The notes under the pieces are model-generated. The model was not told where the DNA came from and ran no database searches. It saw only the letters and a program-made list of their open reading frames with translations. DNA of 64,000 nucleotides, from the IMG/VR virus record IMGVR_UViG_3300025840_004398; one strand, written 5' to 3'. Position numbers and translations under genes: made by a program. The stretch comes from a virus (Duplodnaviria; Caudoviricetes). Positions within the stretch are counted from its first letter, which is position 1. Each line of letters starts with the position of its first letter. Positions 17,579-26,792 of this stretch are shown one piece after another.

Positions 17579-17950
17579 ATGGACAAAGTTTATGTAAGAC
17601 AGGCTGAACGATATACAGTATGGGAAGCCACAGAACCAATCGAAGTTGATGTAGAAAAACTTCGTAAATGTGACCCACCTTTCGAGGGTGAGAACGAACA
17701 AGACCTTTTAGAATACCTAAAAGATAATGTTTGGGGAAATTATGATTGGGCTGAAAATGAAACCAATCAAGAAGTTTATGGTGAAGATGCAGCTATGGAA
17801 CTAACCTTTGATGAGGTGTACGATGTAGAAGTATATTCAGATACTCGTGAGAAGTACCAACAAGCTTGGTTAGATGTTGGAGTACCAAACGATGAGTATC
17901 GTAAGATGGGTGGATTTGAAGTAAAGGCAACTAACGTAGATGAAGCATAA
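17579..17950 (+). CDS. acidic hypothetical protein
   Basis: ORF track; follows a promoter. Confidence 0.85.
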   Translation: MDKVYVRQAERYTVWEATEPIEVDVEKLRKCDPPFEGENEQDLLEYLKDNVWGNYDWAENETNQEVYGEDAAMELTFDEVYDVEVYSDTREKYQQAWLDVGVPNDEYRKMGGFEVKATNVDEA

Positions 17951-17953
17951 GTT

Positions 17954-18220
17954 ATGGCAATAGATAAAGACAAAGCAAAAGAGTTAGTTAACGATGCGAG
18001 ATACATTCACGATTCGTTAAAAACATATCTCAAAGATGATAGTATAGAAGATTCATTATTATTCTTCTATGGGCACAAATGTATTCAGTTAGCATCTGAA
18101 CTTTTTCAAGAGGTAAATTTGAGAGATATAACTAAGAAACAAAAAGGTTATACTTATGATTTACTAAATGCATTTAAGGAAAAGTATCCAGAGTTTGAAG
18201 AAGAGTTCAATAAACAATAG
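17954..18220 (+). CDS. hypothetical protein
   Basis: ORF track. Confidence 0.8.
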   Translation: MAIDKDKAKELVNDARYIHDSLKTYLKDDSIEDSLLFFYGHKCIQLASELFQEVNLRDITKKQKGYTYDLLNAFKEKYPEFEEEFNKQ

Positions 18221-18222
18221 TT

Positions 18223-18825
18223 ATGGCAAGTGAAATGACATCCTTTGTTAAGGTTAAGAACGCTAACAAAGAAGTATATCAAAAGTTAAAAGAAATCTTC
18301 ACACCAAGTGAAGGTAAGTACGATGTAAACTCAATCGAGTTAATCAATCGTGTTTGGGGAAGAAACTATTCCTATAAAGAAGAAAACGAAAATTGGGATG
18401 AAGAAAAAGATTGGCCATCTTGGGAAGAGTGGGATAAACTACTTGGACCTAAGTGGTGTAATGGAGAAGAGTTCTATATGGATGAAGGAGATGATGAAGG
18501 TTCTTTTATTCTCAGAGCTGCATATGCAGTACCACAAGTTCTACTCGAAAAGATAGCAAAAACTCTTAGTGAGATTAAAGAAGATTGTTATTTAGTTGGT
18601 AACTACGAACACGAAGATTATGACCCAGTTGGTGCATTCTTATACGCAAAAGATTGGGATGATATCGAAGATTTAGATTCGGGTTATGATTCAGAAGATT
18701 TATGGGAAAATGATGAACTTAGAGATGATATGTGGGATGAAGTTTCTGAATTAGAAAAAGATATTGAAAATGCGTATTTTGAGTACTTAGAAGATAAAAA
18801 GAATAATCCTGAAGATTACGAATGA
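18223..18825 (+). CDS. acidic hypothetical protein (possibly DUF1281/YubB-like)
   Basis: WDKLLGPKWC...FILRAAYAVPQ pattern; weak family call. Confidence 0.7.
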   Translation: MASEMTSFVKVKNANKEVYQKLKEIFTPSEGKYDVNSIELINRVWGRNYSYKEENENWDEEKDWPSWEEWDKLLGPKWCNGEEFYMDEGDDEGSFILRAAYAVPQVLLEKIAKTLSEIKEDCYLVGNYEHEDYDPVGAFLYAKDWDDIEDLDSGYDSEDLWENDELRDDMWDEVSELEKDIENAYFEYLEDKKNNPEDYE

Positions 18826-19010
18826 GAAAATTAATTTATAACGTAACAGATGGTGATGAAAGATATACTTTAGAGTTTATCACCGATAGAACTCCTGAAT
18901 GGACAGAGCAACAATATACAAGACATCGTATTAATTGTAGAATGGATTTAATTTCAAATGAAACCACAGAAGAACAAAAACCGATATCAAGAGAAGTTGG
19001 ATTGGGATGA
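18822..19010 (+). CDS. hypothetical protein
   Basis: ORF track; ATGA overlap. Confidence 0.75.
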   Translation: MRKLIYNVTDGDERYTLEFITDRTPEWTEQQYTRHRINCRMDLISNETTEEQKPISREVGLG

Positions 19011-19011
19011 T

Positions 19012-19161
19012 ATGACTCATGGTGAGGCATCCCACCACATCGGTAAAAAGACTACCGAAAAAGTTCACAAATCAAAAAAAGATTATTCTCGAAAAGGAAA
19101 ATCTAAAAAGAAATGGGATAGGTTCGATGATGATGATTTCTATCCAGATTCAAGAATATAA
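19012..19161 (+). CDS. small basic protein
   Basis: start reassigned to ATG 19012, 1 nt after the previous stop; KVHKSKKDYSRK. Confidence 0.65.
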   Translation: MTHGEASHHIGKKTTEKVHKSKKDYSRKGKSKKKWDRFDDDDFYPDSRI

Positions 19162-19169
19162 ATAATATA

Positions 19170-19177
19170 TACTTATA
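19170..19177 (+). promoter_or_regulatory. candidate late-promoter motif (TACTTATA variant)
   Basis: 11 nt upstream of tRNA-Ala. Confidence 0.35.
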
Positions 19178-19188
19178 TACTTGAAAAG

Positions 19189-19262
<74 letters not shown>

Positions 19263-19298
19263 CTACATTAAACTAAATTAATGTAATTAAATTAAATT

Positions 19299-20198
19299 AT
19301 GAAAAAAGTAATTTTACTATTTTTACTTTCAGTTATAGGAATAACTGTAAGTTGTGAGAAATCAGATTGGTTCTCACCAGAGGATGTCGATTCCATCAAA
19401 GCAAGCTATCAAACTTATATTAATGATTTGACAGATGCTAAAAATGAATTGACAACTCAAGTAACAGACCTTACAACACAAGTTACTAATCTCACAACCG
19501 AGGTTGAAGAATTAGAAGCTTCTGTAAGTACTCTGACCGAATCAAATACTACGTTAATCGCTGAGAACGCAACAGTTCAAACATTAACTGATAACGTAGC
19601 TACTTTGACTGCACAATTAGCAACCTTAACTTCTGAGAAAGAAGATTTGGATGCACAGATTGTGACTTTAACAACATCTAACACAACTCTAACAACAAGT
19701 AACACAACGTTAACAGACCAAGTTACAACACTTACATCAAGTGTAACTGCTCTACAACTTGAGATTACTGATTTAGAAACAGAGGCAACTACGTTAGAGG
19801 GACAGATTACTTCATTAAAAGATGAAGTATTAACATTTAAAAACTTTAAACTATTGAGAGAGAAACTTGATACAATGGTGGCAGCAACGATTACTGATAC
19901 TAATCTAAATGCAGCTATTGATTCTATCTCTATTGGTTTAACTTCTTCAAGTGTATCAGCAACTGTATTGAAAGGATTGATTAGTACTGAAGCAGATTGG
20001 TTATTTGATAACGCAATCAAGACAGGTACTACATCTATGACTACGGCAGTAAGTACATTCTATGATACATCCACAGATACAAATGTAATTAACTTTAGAA
20101 CTTTAGTTGGTGAACTAACAACTACTTGGAACACTGCTAAAGAAAGTACGTTAATCACATGGTTCATCGAATTCATTAAAGAATACGAGAATCTATAA
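19299..20198 (+). CDS. lipoprotein with a long Thr-rich coiled coil
   Basis: signal peptide with TVSC lipobox; heptads LTTQVTDLTTQVTNLTTEVEEL... Confidence 0.85.
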   Translation: MKKVILLFLLSVIGITVSCEKSDWFSPEDVDSIKASYQTYINDLTDAKNELTTQVTDLTTQVTNLTTEVEELEASVSTLTESNTTLIAENATVQTLTDNVATLTAQLATLTSEKEDLDAQIVTLTTSNTTLTTSNTTLTDQVTTLTSSVTALQLEITDLETEATTLEGQITSLKDEVLTFKNFKLLREKLDTMVAATITDTNLNAAIDSISIGLTSSSVSATVLKGLISTEADWLFDNAIKTGTTSMTTAVSTFYDTSTDTNVINFRTLVGELTTTWNTAKESTLITWFIEFIKEYENL

Positions 20199-20224
20199 TT
20201 GACTGCCAGGCAAGCGTTGGTTTA

Positions 20225-20249
20225 TGGTTGTACCTTAACAACCAATTTT
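20225..20249 (+). terminator. weak hairpin (terminator or processing site)
   Basis: TGGTTGT-ACCTTA-ACAACCA then ATTTT, directly before tRNA-Glu. Confidence 0.35.
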
Positions 20250-20321
20250 GGCCCCTTCGTCTATCGGTTAGGACGCCAGGTTTTCATCCTGGAAAGAGGA
20301 GTTCGATTCTCCTAGGGGCTA
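20250..20321 (+). tRNA. trnE: tRNA-Glu(UUC)
   Basis: GGCCCCT/AGGGGCT acceptor stem; CCAGG-TTTTCAT-CCTGG arm; no CCA. Confidence 0.93.
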
Positions 20322-20337
20322 CTAAACATTTTAAATT

Positions 20338-20676
20338 ATGGTTACAACTATATTAATAGTATCTTTATCAATCTGTATAATTCTTTTATCAAGAGAAATT
20401 ATCAAATTACAAAAAAGAGTTGATGTTCTTAACAAAGAAACCAACACAAGAATTTCGGTAACAGACCAACAAACTCATTTAAGAATTAATGAGGAGGTAT
20501 CTCAACTTCTTGATATCATTAAACAGAATGCAGATAATACAGATACTTCAATAGAATATCAGTTAAAAGAATTGGAAAAGAAAATTAAATCACTTATTCC
20601 ACCTACCAACGATGAGTTGATGATGGAGGTTAAAAAAATGAGAGATGATTTTTTTGCATTAAGACAAAACTTTTAA
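20338..20676 (+). CDS. single-TM coiled-coil protein
   Basis: ORF track. Confidence 0.8.
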   Translation: MVTTILIVSLSICIILLSREIIKLQKRVDVLNKETNTRISVTDQQTHLRINEEVSQLLDIIKQNADNTDTSIEYQLKELEKKIKSLIPPTNDELMMEVKKMRDDFFALRQNF

Positions 20677-20681
20677 AAAAA

Positions 20682-20766
20682 GGAGAGTTGGCAGAGTGGT
20701 CGATTGCGGCAGTCTTGAAAACTGTTGAGGGTAACACCTCCGGGGGTTCGAATCCCTCACTCTCCG
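20682..20766 (+). tRNA. trnS: tRNA-Ser(UGA)
   Basis: GGAGAGT/ACTCTCC acceptor stem; loop CTTGAAA; long variable arm GAGGG-TAACA-CCTC; no CCA. Confidence 0.95.
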
Positions 20767-20779
20767 CAAACAACATAAT

Positions 20780-20986
20780 ATGAAAAGATATCCTCATCAA
20801 TGTGGACCAATAGAATATATTAACAATGAGGCTTATCAAATTGTTGCGAGATATTCCATAACAGAAGTTAAAGATGCTCAATTAATCAAAGAATGGTTGG
20901 GGTGTGATACCGTATTTAAATCAAACAGACAAAATCTATTTATATTTTGTAATCACATAGAAGAGATAACTTGGGAAACGATATAG
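20780..20986 (+). CDS. hypothetical protein
   Basis: ORF track. Confidence 0.8.
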   Translation: MKRYPHQCGPIEYINNEAYQIVARYSITEVKDAQLIKEWLGCDTVFKSNRQNLFIFCNHIEEITWETI

Positions 20987-20988
20987 TT

Positions 20989-21531
20989 ATGAAAATTCTG
21001 ATAATTGCAATACCCCGTTCTGGTTCAACTTCGTTGATGAGCAATATAGCTAATATTTTATCTTTAAAACCAGTACCCGAACCATTTAATCCTACATTTA
21101 CAAAAAAGGTTAATTATACTATTGGTGAAGATGATGTTGTTGTTAAAATAATTACAGGACAGGATGATAGATATTCGGATATAATTGATTGGGATTATTG
21201 GAAATCATTTATATTGGATTTTATTCCACAATTTGATAAAACAATATTGTTAACAAGAATGGATACTAAAGCTCAATTAGAATCATTCTCATATGCTAGT
21301 CATTTTAAAAAAGGATGGTTTGAATCTTATACTTATGAATCACCACCATACGAAGTGATATCTGATTGTAAAGAATATTTAGATTCAAGTATTGAAGCTA
21401 TTAAAGAAGTAATAAGAAAATTAAAAAATAAAGGAATACATTTGGAAATAAAATATTATGAAGATTTTTTCGATGTATCTTCAGAAAAAAGACTAAGAAA
21501 ATCATCCAAAAGCAATAATACTTTAATTTAA
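20989..21531 (+). CDS. sulfotransferase-like protein
   Basis: IIAIPRSGSTSL PAPS loop, EPFNP; start reassigned to 20989; ends KSNNTLI. Confidence 0.7.
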   Translation: MKILIIAIPRSGSTSLMSNIANILSLKPVPEPFNPTFTKKVNYTIGEDDVVVKIITGQDDRYSDIIDWDYWKSFILDFIPQFDKTILLTRMDTKAQLESFSYASHFKKGWFESYTYESPPYEVISDCKEYLDSSIEAIKEVIRKLKNKGIHLEIKYYEDFFDVSSEKRLRKSSKSNNTLI

Positions 21532-21533
21532 TA

Positions 21534-21541
21534 TACTTATA
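21534..21541 (+). promoter_or_regulatory. candidate late-promoter motif (TACTTATA variant)
   Basis: intergenic, just before the dCMP deaminase start. Confidence 0.3.
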
Positions 21542-21544
21542 TAT

Positions 21545-22000
21545 ATGAGATGGGTACAATACTTCAGAGAACTTGCACATACAGTCAAGAAAAAATCCAA
21601 AGATAAGAACACACAAATTGGTGCTGTAATTGTTGGTAAGGATAAAGAAATTGTATCTACTGGTTATAATTCTTTTCCTCGTGGTATTAATGATAATCTC
21701 GATGAAAGACAAGAAAGACCAGAAAAGTATTATTGGTTCGAACATGGTGAAAGAAATGCAATCTACAATGCAGCAAGAATAGGAGTTTCTACCAAGGGAA
21801 CAACTATGTACCTTTCATGTGGAGTTCCTTGTTCAGATTGTGCAAGGGGAATCATAAATGCAGGAATCGTTCGTATCTTTTGTGAACGAGGTGGTGGAGC
21901 AAAAGGACCTAAATGGGCAGATTCAGCCGAACGTAGTTGGGAGATGTTAGAAGAAGCTGGTGTTAAAGTTTGTTTTTACGATGATGATTTCCATGTCTAA
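21545..22000 (+). CDS. dCMP deaminase
   Basis: SKD..TQIGAVIV, TGYNSFPRG, HGERNAI, PCSDCARGI. Confidence 0.93.
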   Translation: MRWVQYFRELAHTVKKKSKDKNTQIGAVIVGKDKEIVSTGYNSFPRGINDNLDERQERPEKYYWFEHGERNAIYNAARIGVSTKGTTMYLSCGVPCSDCARGIINAGIVRIFCERGGGAKGPKWADSAERSWEMLEEAGVKVCFYDDDFHV

Positions 22001-23075
22001 TTTGGTTAATAAAGATACATATTGTGCCTTACCATTCAATCACCTTTACGTTGAATCCACAGGTGACTTAAAACCATGTTGTATTGGTAGTAGATTTAAC
22101 TCATATACAAATTTAAAAGATATGAGTATCGAAGAGGCATTTAACACGGAAGAATATAAAAAACTTAGATTGGATTTACTTAATGGAATAAAAAATCCTT
22201 TGTGTAATTCATGCTGGAATAAAGAAGAGAAGGGTATACTATCTCATAGACAACAAGTAGGTCAAACTGAGAATGTTCTTGGAGTGTGGGAGGAATACTA
22301 TACGAAAGATGGGTATATGAAACCTGAGTTTGAGTATCTTGATATTAGATTTTCAAACTTATGTAATTTTAAGTGTATAATGTGTACTCATGATTATTCT
22401 TCATCTTGGTATGAAGAAAGACATAAAAAAGAAGGTAGACCAAAAGTTTTAAAAGTCAAAGAAAATATCGTATCGGAATTAATCCCATATATAAAAAAAT
22501 TAAAAAGTATATATTTTGCAGGTGGAGAGCCTCTGATTATGCCCGAACATTTCGAGTTACTTTCTTATCTACATAAACATAATAGAGATATTTCTATTGT
22601 TTACAATACAAATTTATCTGTTATAAAATATGATACTACTGATTTAGTCAATATGTGGAAAGACTTCAAATCAGTAATGGTTCAAGTTAGTGTTGATGGT
22701 ATGTATGAAATCGGAGAAAAAATAAGAGAGGGGTTTAAGACAGATAGATTTATAGAAAATATAAAGGTAATTAAAAATAATAATATTACATACCACATAT
22801 CACATACTACAGCAACTTATAATGTAAAAAATATTTATAACTTTATAAATGAACTATTAGATAGTGGTGTTATAAATAATACAAATGAGGTAAGTATAAA
22901 TAACTTTGTAGTTACTCCTGAAAAATATTGTATATCAAACTTATCAACGGAAGAAAAAATAGAAATATACAACTATTTAATAGATGTAAAAAGTAAAATA
23001 GAAGGAGATAGGATAATAGGTCAGATTGATGAAATTATAAAATTTCTTGACCTAAACTTAGAAAAAGTCATATAA
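21993..23075 (+). CDS. radical SAM protein with N-terminal SPASM/twitch-like domain
   Basis: CALPF...PCC...CNSCW then LDIRFSNLCNFKCIMC, FAGGEP; start reassigned to 21993; ends EKVI. Confidence 0.9.
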   Translation: MSNLVNKDTYCALPFNHLYVESTGDLKPCCIGSRFNSYTNLKDMSIEEAFNTEEYKKLRLDLLNGIKNPLCNSCWNKEEKGILSHRQQVGQTENVLGVWEEYYTKDGYMKPEFEYLDIRFSNLCNFKCIMCTHDYSSSWYEERHKKEGRPKVLKVKENIVSELIPYIKKLKSIYFAGGEPLIMPEHFELLSYLHKHNRDISIVYNTNLSVIKYDTTDLVNMWKDFKSVMVQVSVDGMYEIGEKIREGFKTDRFIENIKVIKNNNITYHISHTTATYNVKNIYNFINELLDSGVINNTNEVSINNFVVTPEKYCISNLSTEEKIEIYNYLIDVKSKIEGDRIIGQIDEIIKFLDLNLEKVI

Positions 23076-23076
23076 A

Positions 23077-23508
23077 ATGTTAAAAGAAGGTACTTTAATA
23101 CAGTTAGAAAAAACCAAAAAACAAATTGAAAGAATAAATCTAAGAGAAGAAGTAGTATCCTATGATGTAGAGAGTGCATCATTTTCTAACAATAGTATTG
23201 TTTGTTCTTATTATTCAAACATAGTAGATTCTTTCAGTAAAATAACTTTTGAAAATGAAGAATTTCTAATATGTGGTGGTCATACAAAAATATATACAAA
23301 ACAAAGAGGTATTATATTAGTAGATAATCTTAGATATGGTGATATGTGTTTACGATTAGAAATAGTAAATAACAAAAAAATAAAACAATGGGTAAGAGTT
23401 AAATACATAACATTTGAAGATAATAAGGATGAAATATTTAGATTTATTCAGAGGTTAAGTGGATTTCAATTCTTTTTTGCAAATAATTATTGTATTGGAA
23501 CACCGTAG
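23077..23508 (+). CDS. stand-alone degenerate Hint domain protein
   Basis: MLKEGTLI (CLxxGTxI with C1 replaced by M), LVDNLRYGD, FFFANNYCIGT. Confidence 0.6.
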   Translation: MLKEGTLIQLEKTKKQIERINLREEVVSYDVESASFSNNSIVCSYYSNIVDSFSKITFENEEFLICGGHTKIYTKQRGIILVDNLRYGDMCLRLEIVNNKKIKQWVRVKYITFEDNKDEIFRFIQRLSGFQFFFANNYCIGTP

Positions 23509-23510
23509 AA

Positions 23511-23957
23511 ATGAATAGATTTTTATCAAAAAATATGTCAATTACTTTAGATAATAGAGTAAAAACAATAGAGGAGTTATTCCACAATTCAGAAAAGATA
23601 CTTTCTTATGTTAATGGTGATATTAGGGAATCTGATTTGAATGTTAACAAACTCGAATCCCAAACCCCTTATTTTTTAAACATGATATCTTTTGTACCTC
23701 CAAAAGAAGATAAACATAAACACATGACTATTTTGGTAGGTGATGGTATATATTTTTACTTAAATAATAAAGATAAATGGGTATGTTCCTCTGATTTATG
23801 GCGTGGTGATTCTGTAAAACTATTTAATGGAGAAGAGCTTATTGTAAATGAAATACTATCAAAAAAAGAAAATGAAATATATATTATAGAAGATATATTA
23901 CCACACAATACTTTTTTTATAAATGGAATATTATCTAGTACGATGAAGTTAAAATGA
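23511..23957 (+). CDS. stand-alone degenerate Hint domain protein
   Basis: ITLDNRVKTIEEL..KILSY, SSDLWRGD, IYIIEDILPHNTFFINGILSS; start reassigned to 23511. Confidence 0.65.
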   Translation: MNRFLSKNMSITLDNRVKTIEELFHNSEKILSYVNGDIRESDLNVNKLESQTPYFLNMISFVPPKEDKHKHMTILVGDGIYFYLNNKDKWVCSSDLWRGDSVKLFNGEELIVNEILSKKENEIYIIEDILPHNTFFINGILSSTMKLK

Positions 23958-24112
23958 CAAACGAGAAAATCACAGAAGAACTCTTAATTAAATCCCACTC
24001 ACTTGGAATCAAAGATGAAGTATGGAAACTTGCATCCAAACTTAAAGAAGAAGATAGAACTTTAGATTTCAATGGTTCAATTCAACAAGCTTTCGAACAA
24101 CTTACTAAGTAA
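23954..24112 (+). CDS. small hypothetical protein (52 aa)
   Basis: read by hand: MTNEKITEELLIKSHSLGIKDEVWKLA...; ATGA overlap. Confidence 0.75.
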   Translation: MTNEKITEELLIKSHSLGIKDEVWKLASKLKEEDRTLDFNGSIQQAFEQLTK

Positions 24113-24124
24113 TCCATTTCCATA

Positions 24125-24132
24125 TATTTATA
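24125..24132 (+). promoter_or_regulatory. candidate late-promoter motif TATTTATA
   Basis: intergenic, 4 nt before ATG 24137. Confidence 0.45.
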
Positions 24133-24136
24133 GTAT

Positions 24137-24994
24137 ATGGAATACATCTCTTTAGAAAATATAAGAAATAAATACCCAGAAGAACTTTCTGTATCTCAAA
24201 AATATACAAGAAGAGGAAACTCTATTGTGTATAGTGGTAAGAGTGAATATTCAAATACAATTAATTTAGATTTTGATGTATCTGGTATAAACACAGTACC
24301 AAATAGTTCATTTAAATTTATTGTAGATATTGGGGGTTCTTTGTATACCTCTCCTGATTTTTTGAATTTATTACAAAATGCACAACGAGAAAACAACCCA
24401 TACTTTCAGAAAAAAACCGTTCCTATTGTAAAAATAAATTTAGGTGAAGCTACTACTCAAATTAGTGACCAATCTACGGCTGAGAAATATGCAGAAGTAT
24501 CTGTAACTAACAATTTAAATTTTGGTGATACAACAAATAAAATATTACAACATATAGATTGGCTGATTAGTGACCAAAATGAAGGACTTAGAGACATTAA
24601 GTCCGGTGGTAATAGAGTTTATGGAGATTATAAATTGAATACGAGTCAATATAATATTGAGAGTGATAGTGGTCTTGGATTCGAGTTTACAGATGCACTA
24701 GAAAGTGGATTGGGGGAAACAGCTGAAACTAAAAACATTGTAGTTCCTGATACATCTACACAAGAAACATCAATATCAAAAAGAGAAAATATTCAACCCC
24801 CACCTGTTTACATACCCATAAAAAGAAAAACAGATTTTGATTTTTTAAGTGGAGGTAGAAATACAGGTCTAAGACAATTATCAGACCCAACTGGCTTAGA
24901 TAGAACCGGACTAAGAGATGCGTATGATACTGGAGATTTTGGTCCACTTGGAGCAATGTTTGATAATGGGGAATTCGGTTCATTTGATTTTTAA
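24137..24994 (+). CDS. hypothetical (probably late) protein carrying the GLDRTGLR..YDTGD.GPL motif
   Basis: ORF track; motif shared with 53152..54720. Confidence 0.8.
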   Translation: MEYISLENIRNKYPEELSVSQKYTRRGNSIVYSGKSEYSNTINLDFDVSGINTVPNSSFKFIVDIGGSLYTSPDFLNLLQNAQRENNPYFQKKTVPIVKINLGEATTQISDQSTAEKYAEVSVTNNLNFGDTTNKILQHIDWLISDQNEGLRDIKSGGNRVYGDYKLNTSQYNIESDSGLGFEFTDALESGLGETAETKNIVVPDTSTQETSISKRENIQPPPVYIPIKRKTDFDFLSGGRNTGLRQLSDPTGLDRTGLRDAYDTGDFGPLGAMFDNGEFGSFDF

Positions 24995-25020
24995 GAACTG
25001 AAAGAAGAGAGCTTTAGATT

Positions 25021-25371
25021 ATGAGAAAAAGAGCAGTAAGTCTTACTAATTGGAAAAGGTATTTGGATTATGAAAATAATCCAAAACTTATCCCTTTTAT
25101 AAAATCTCGTGGTAATGAGGTGTTTTGGCAAATTTCTCAAAACGTATGGAAATATAATGGTAGGGGGCTGTCATCACTAACTATGATTATACATGAAAAT
25201 GCACCCTATGCTATTAATATACCAAAAAAAGAATATTTTGAAGTTATGAATTATGCTTTGAGATTTTTTGAAAAGAGAGAAGATTATAAAAAATGTCAAA
25301 GTATAATAGAATGGTTGGATAATATGAAGGAAAATGATAAAAAGAAAATAAAAAAAATTAAACTTATATAA
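25021..25371 (+). CDS. hypothetical protein with UVR-like motif
   Basis: EKREDYKKCQSI; ends KKIKLI. Confidence 0.75.
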   Translation: MRKRAVSLTNWKRYLDYENNPKLIPFIKSRGNEVFWQISQNVWKYNGRGLSSLTMIIHENAPYAINIPKKEYFEVMNYALRFFEKREDYKKCQSIIEWLDNMKENDKKKIKKIKLI

Positions 25372-25377
25372 GGGTTA

Positions 25378-25385
25378 TATTTATA
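25378..25385 (+). promoter_or_regulatory. candidate late-promoter motif TATTTATA
   Basis: intergenic, before 25406. Confidence 0.4.
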
Positions 25386-25405
25386 TTAGAATATAAAACA
25401 TTTTT

Positions 25406-26146
25406 ATGAAGATATTGAAGTATTGGAATAAAGATTCGTTTGAAATTACTAATTACAAATGGTTTTTATCTGACAGAAAAAATAAAACCTTCACTACCAG
25501 TGGTTCTGATAACTCCAATCAAAACAAATACACATATAATAAACTTGGATTTAGAGGAGACTCGATTCCATTAAGTGGTAAGAAATTAATGGCAGTGGGA
25601 TGTTCTCACACCGAAGGTATTGGCGTCAATGATGATGAAACTTGGCCATATTACCTATCAAGATTATTAAACTTTTCCCATATAAACTTTGGATTTACAG
25701 GAAGAAGTAACGACTACATAGCTAGGTGTGTACTTTCTTTTGTAGAAGAAATAAACCCAGACCTAATCTGTATAATGTATTCTTATCCAGAAAGAAGAGA
25801 ATATTACACTAACAGTGGTGGGATAGAATCATATCATCCTAATCCATGGGGTTGGTTTTTAGAAAATGAGAAAGAATTTAAATCAATAACTAATATATCT
25901 AACGATAACAATAATTTTATAAATTGGTATAAAAATCATCTACTAATAAAAAACTATTTACAAAATAAAAAAATACCATTTGTTTGGAATGGTAAATTTT
26001 TAAACACAGAATATAGCGATGAGTTCAGATTTGATGGTAATTATGATATCGAATATGGTAATCACGCAACTTCAATACAAAATAAAATATACGCTAACGA
26101 ATTATATAATTTTATAAAAGAAAGAGAATATGCCGGAGAACATTGA
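25406..26146 (+). CDS. SGNH-like protein
   Basis: NKLGFRGD, AVGCSHTEGIGV...TWPYYL, NFGFTGRSNDYIAR. Confidence 0.75.
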   Translation: MKILKYWNKDSFEITNYKWFLSDRKNKTFTTSGSDNSNQNKYTYNKLGFRGDSIPLSGKKLMAVGCSHTEGIGVNDDETWPYYLSRLLNFSHINFGFTGRSNDYIARCVLSFVEEINPDLICIMYSYPERREYYTNSGGIESYHPNPWGWFLENEKEFKSITNISNDNNNFINWYKNHLLIKNYLQNKKIPFVWNGKFLNTEYSDEFRFDGNYDIEYGNHATSIQNKIYANELYNFIKEREYAGEH

Positions 26147-26792
26147 GAAAAACCCACCAAAGGGTAAAGTTAAATTTAACTTAACTCTTTCAGAAGAACA
26201 AAAAGAAGCAAAAGCAAATATCTTATATCACCCATATAATTTTATATTGGGTAAAGCTGGTAGTGGTAAAACACTCCTAGCGGTACAAGTTGCATTAGAT
26301 ATGTTTTTCACAAGACAGATAAACAAAATCATTATAACAAGACCAACTGTATCCAATGAAGATAATGGATATTTACCTGGTTCTCTTGATGAAAAGATGG
26401 AGCCTTGGTTAGTTCCTATTCGTTCTAATATGAGAAAGGTTTATAACAAACCTATGATATTAGAAAAGATGGAAAGAGAAGATAATATTGAGTTGGTATC
26501 ACTATCACACTTTAGAGGAAGAACTTTTGAAAATGCATGTGTGATTGTAGATGAATTCCAAAACTTAACTAAACAACAATTAGGAATGGTATTGGGTAGG
26601 TTGGGTAAACAATCCACAATGATTCTTACAGGTGACCCACAACAAATTGATTTAAAGTTTAATAATGATTCCGCGATACATGAAGTTCCAAAATTAAAAC
26701 CATCTCAATATGTATATTCGGTATCATTAAAAGATAATCATAGACACGAAGCGTTGGATGAGTTATTGAAATTATTAAATGAATATTCATAA
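26130..26792 (+). CDS. phoH: PhoH family ATPase
   Basis: GKAGSGKT, GYLPGSLDEKMEPW, RGRTF, DEFQN, GDPQQID, RH. Confidence 0.95.
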   Translation: MPENIEKNPPKGKVKFNLTLSEEQKEAKANILYHPYNFILGKAGSGKTLLAVQVALDMFFTRQINKIIITRPTVSNEDNGYLPGSLDEKMEPWLVPIRSNMRKVYNKPMILEKMEREDNIELVSLSHFRGRTFENACVIVDEFQNLTKQQLGMVLGRLGKQSTMILTGDPQQIDLKFNNDSAIHEVPKLKPSQYVYSVSLKDNHRHEALDELLKLLNEYS

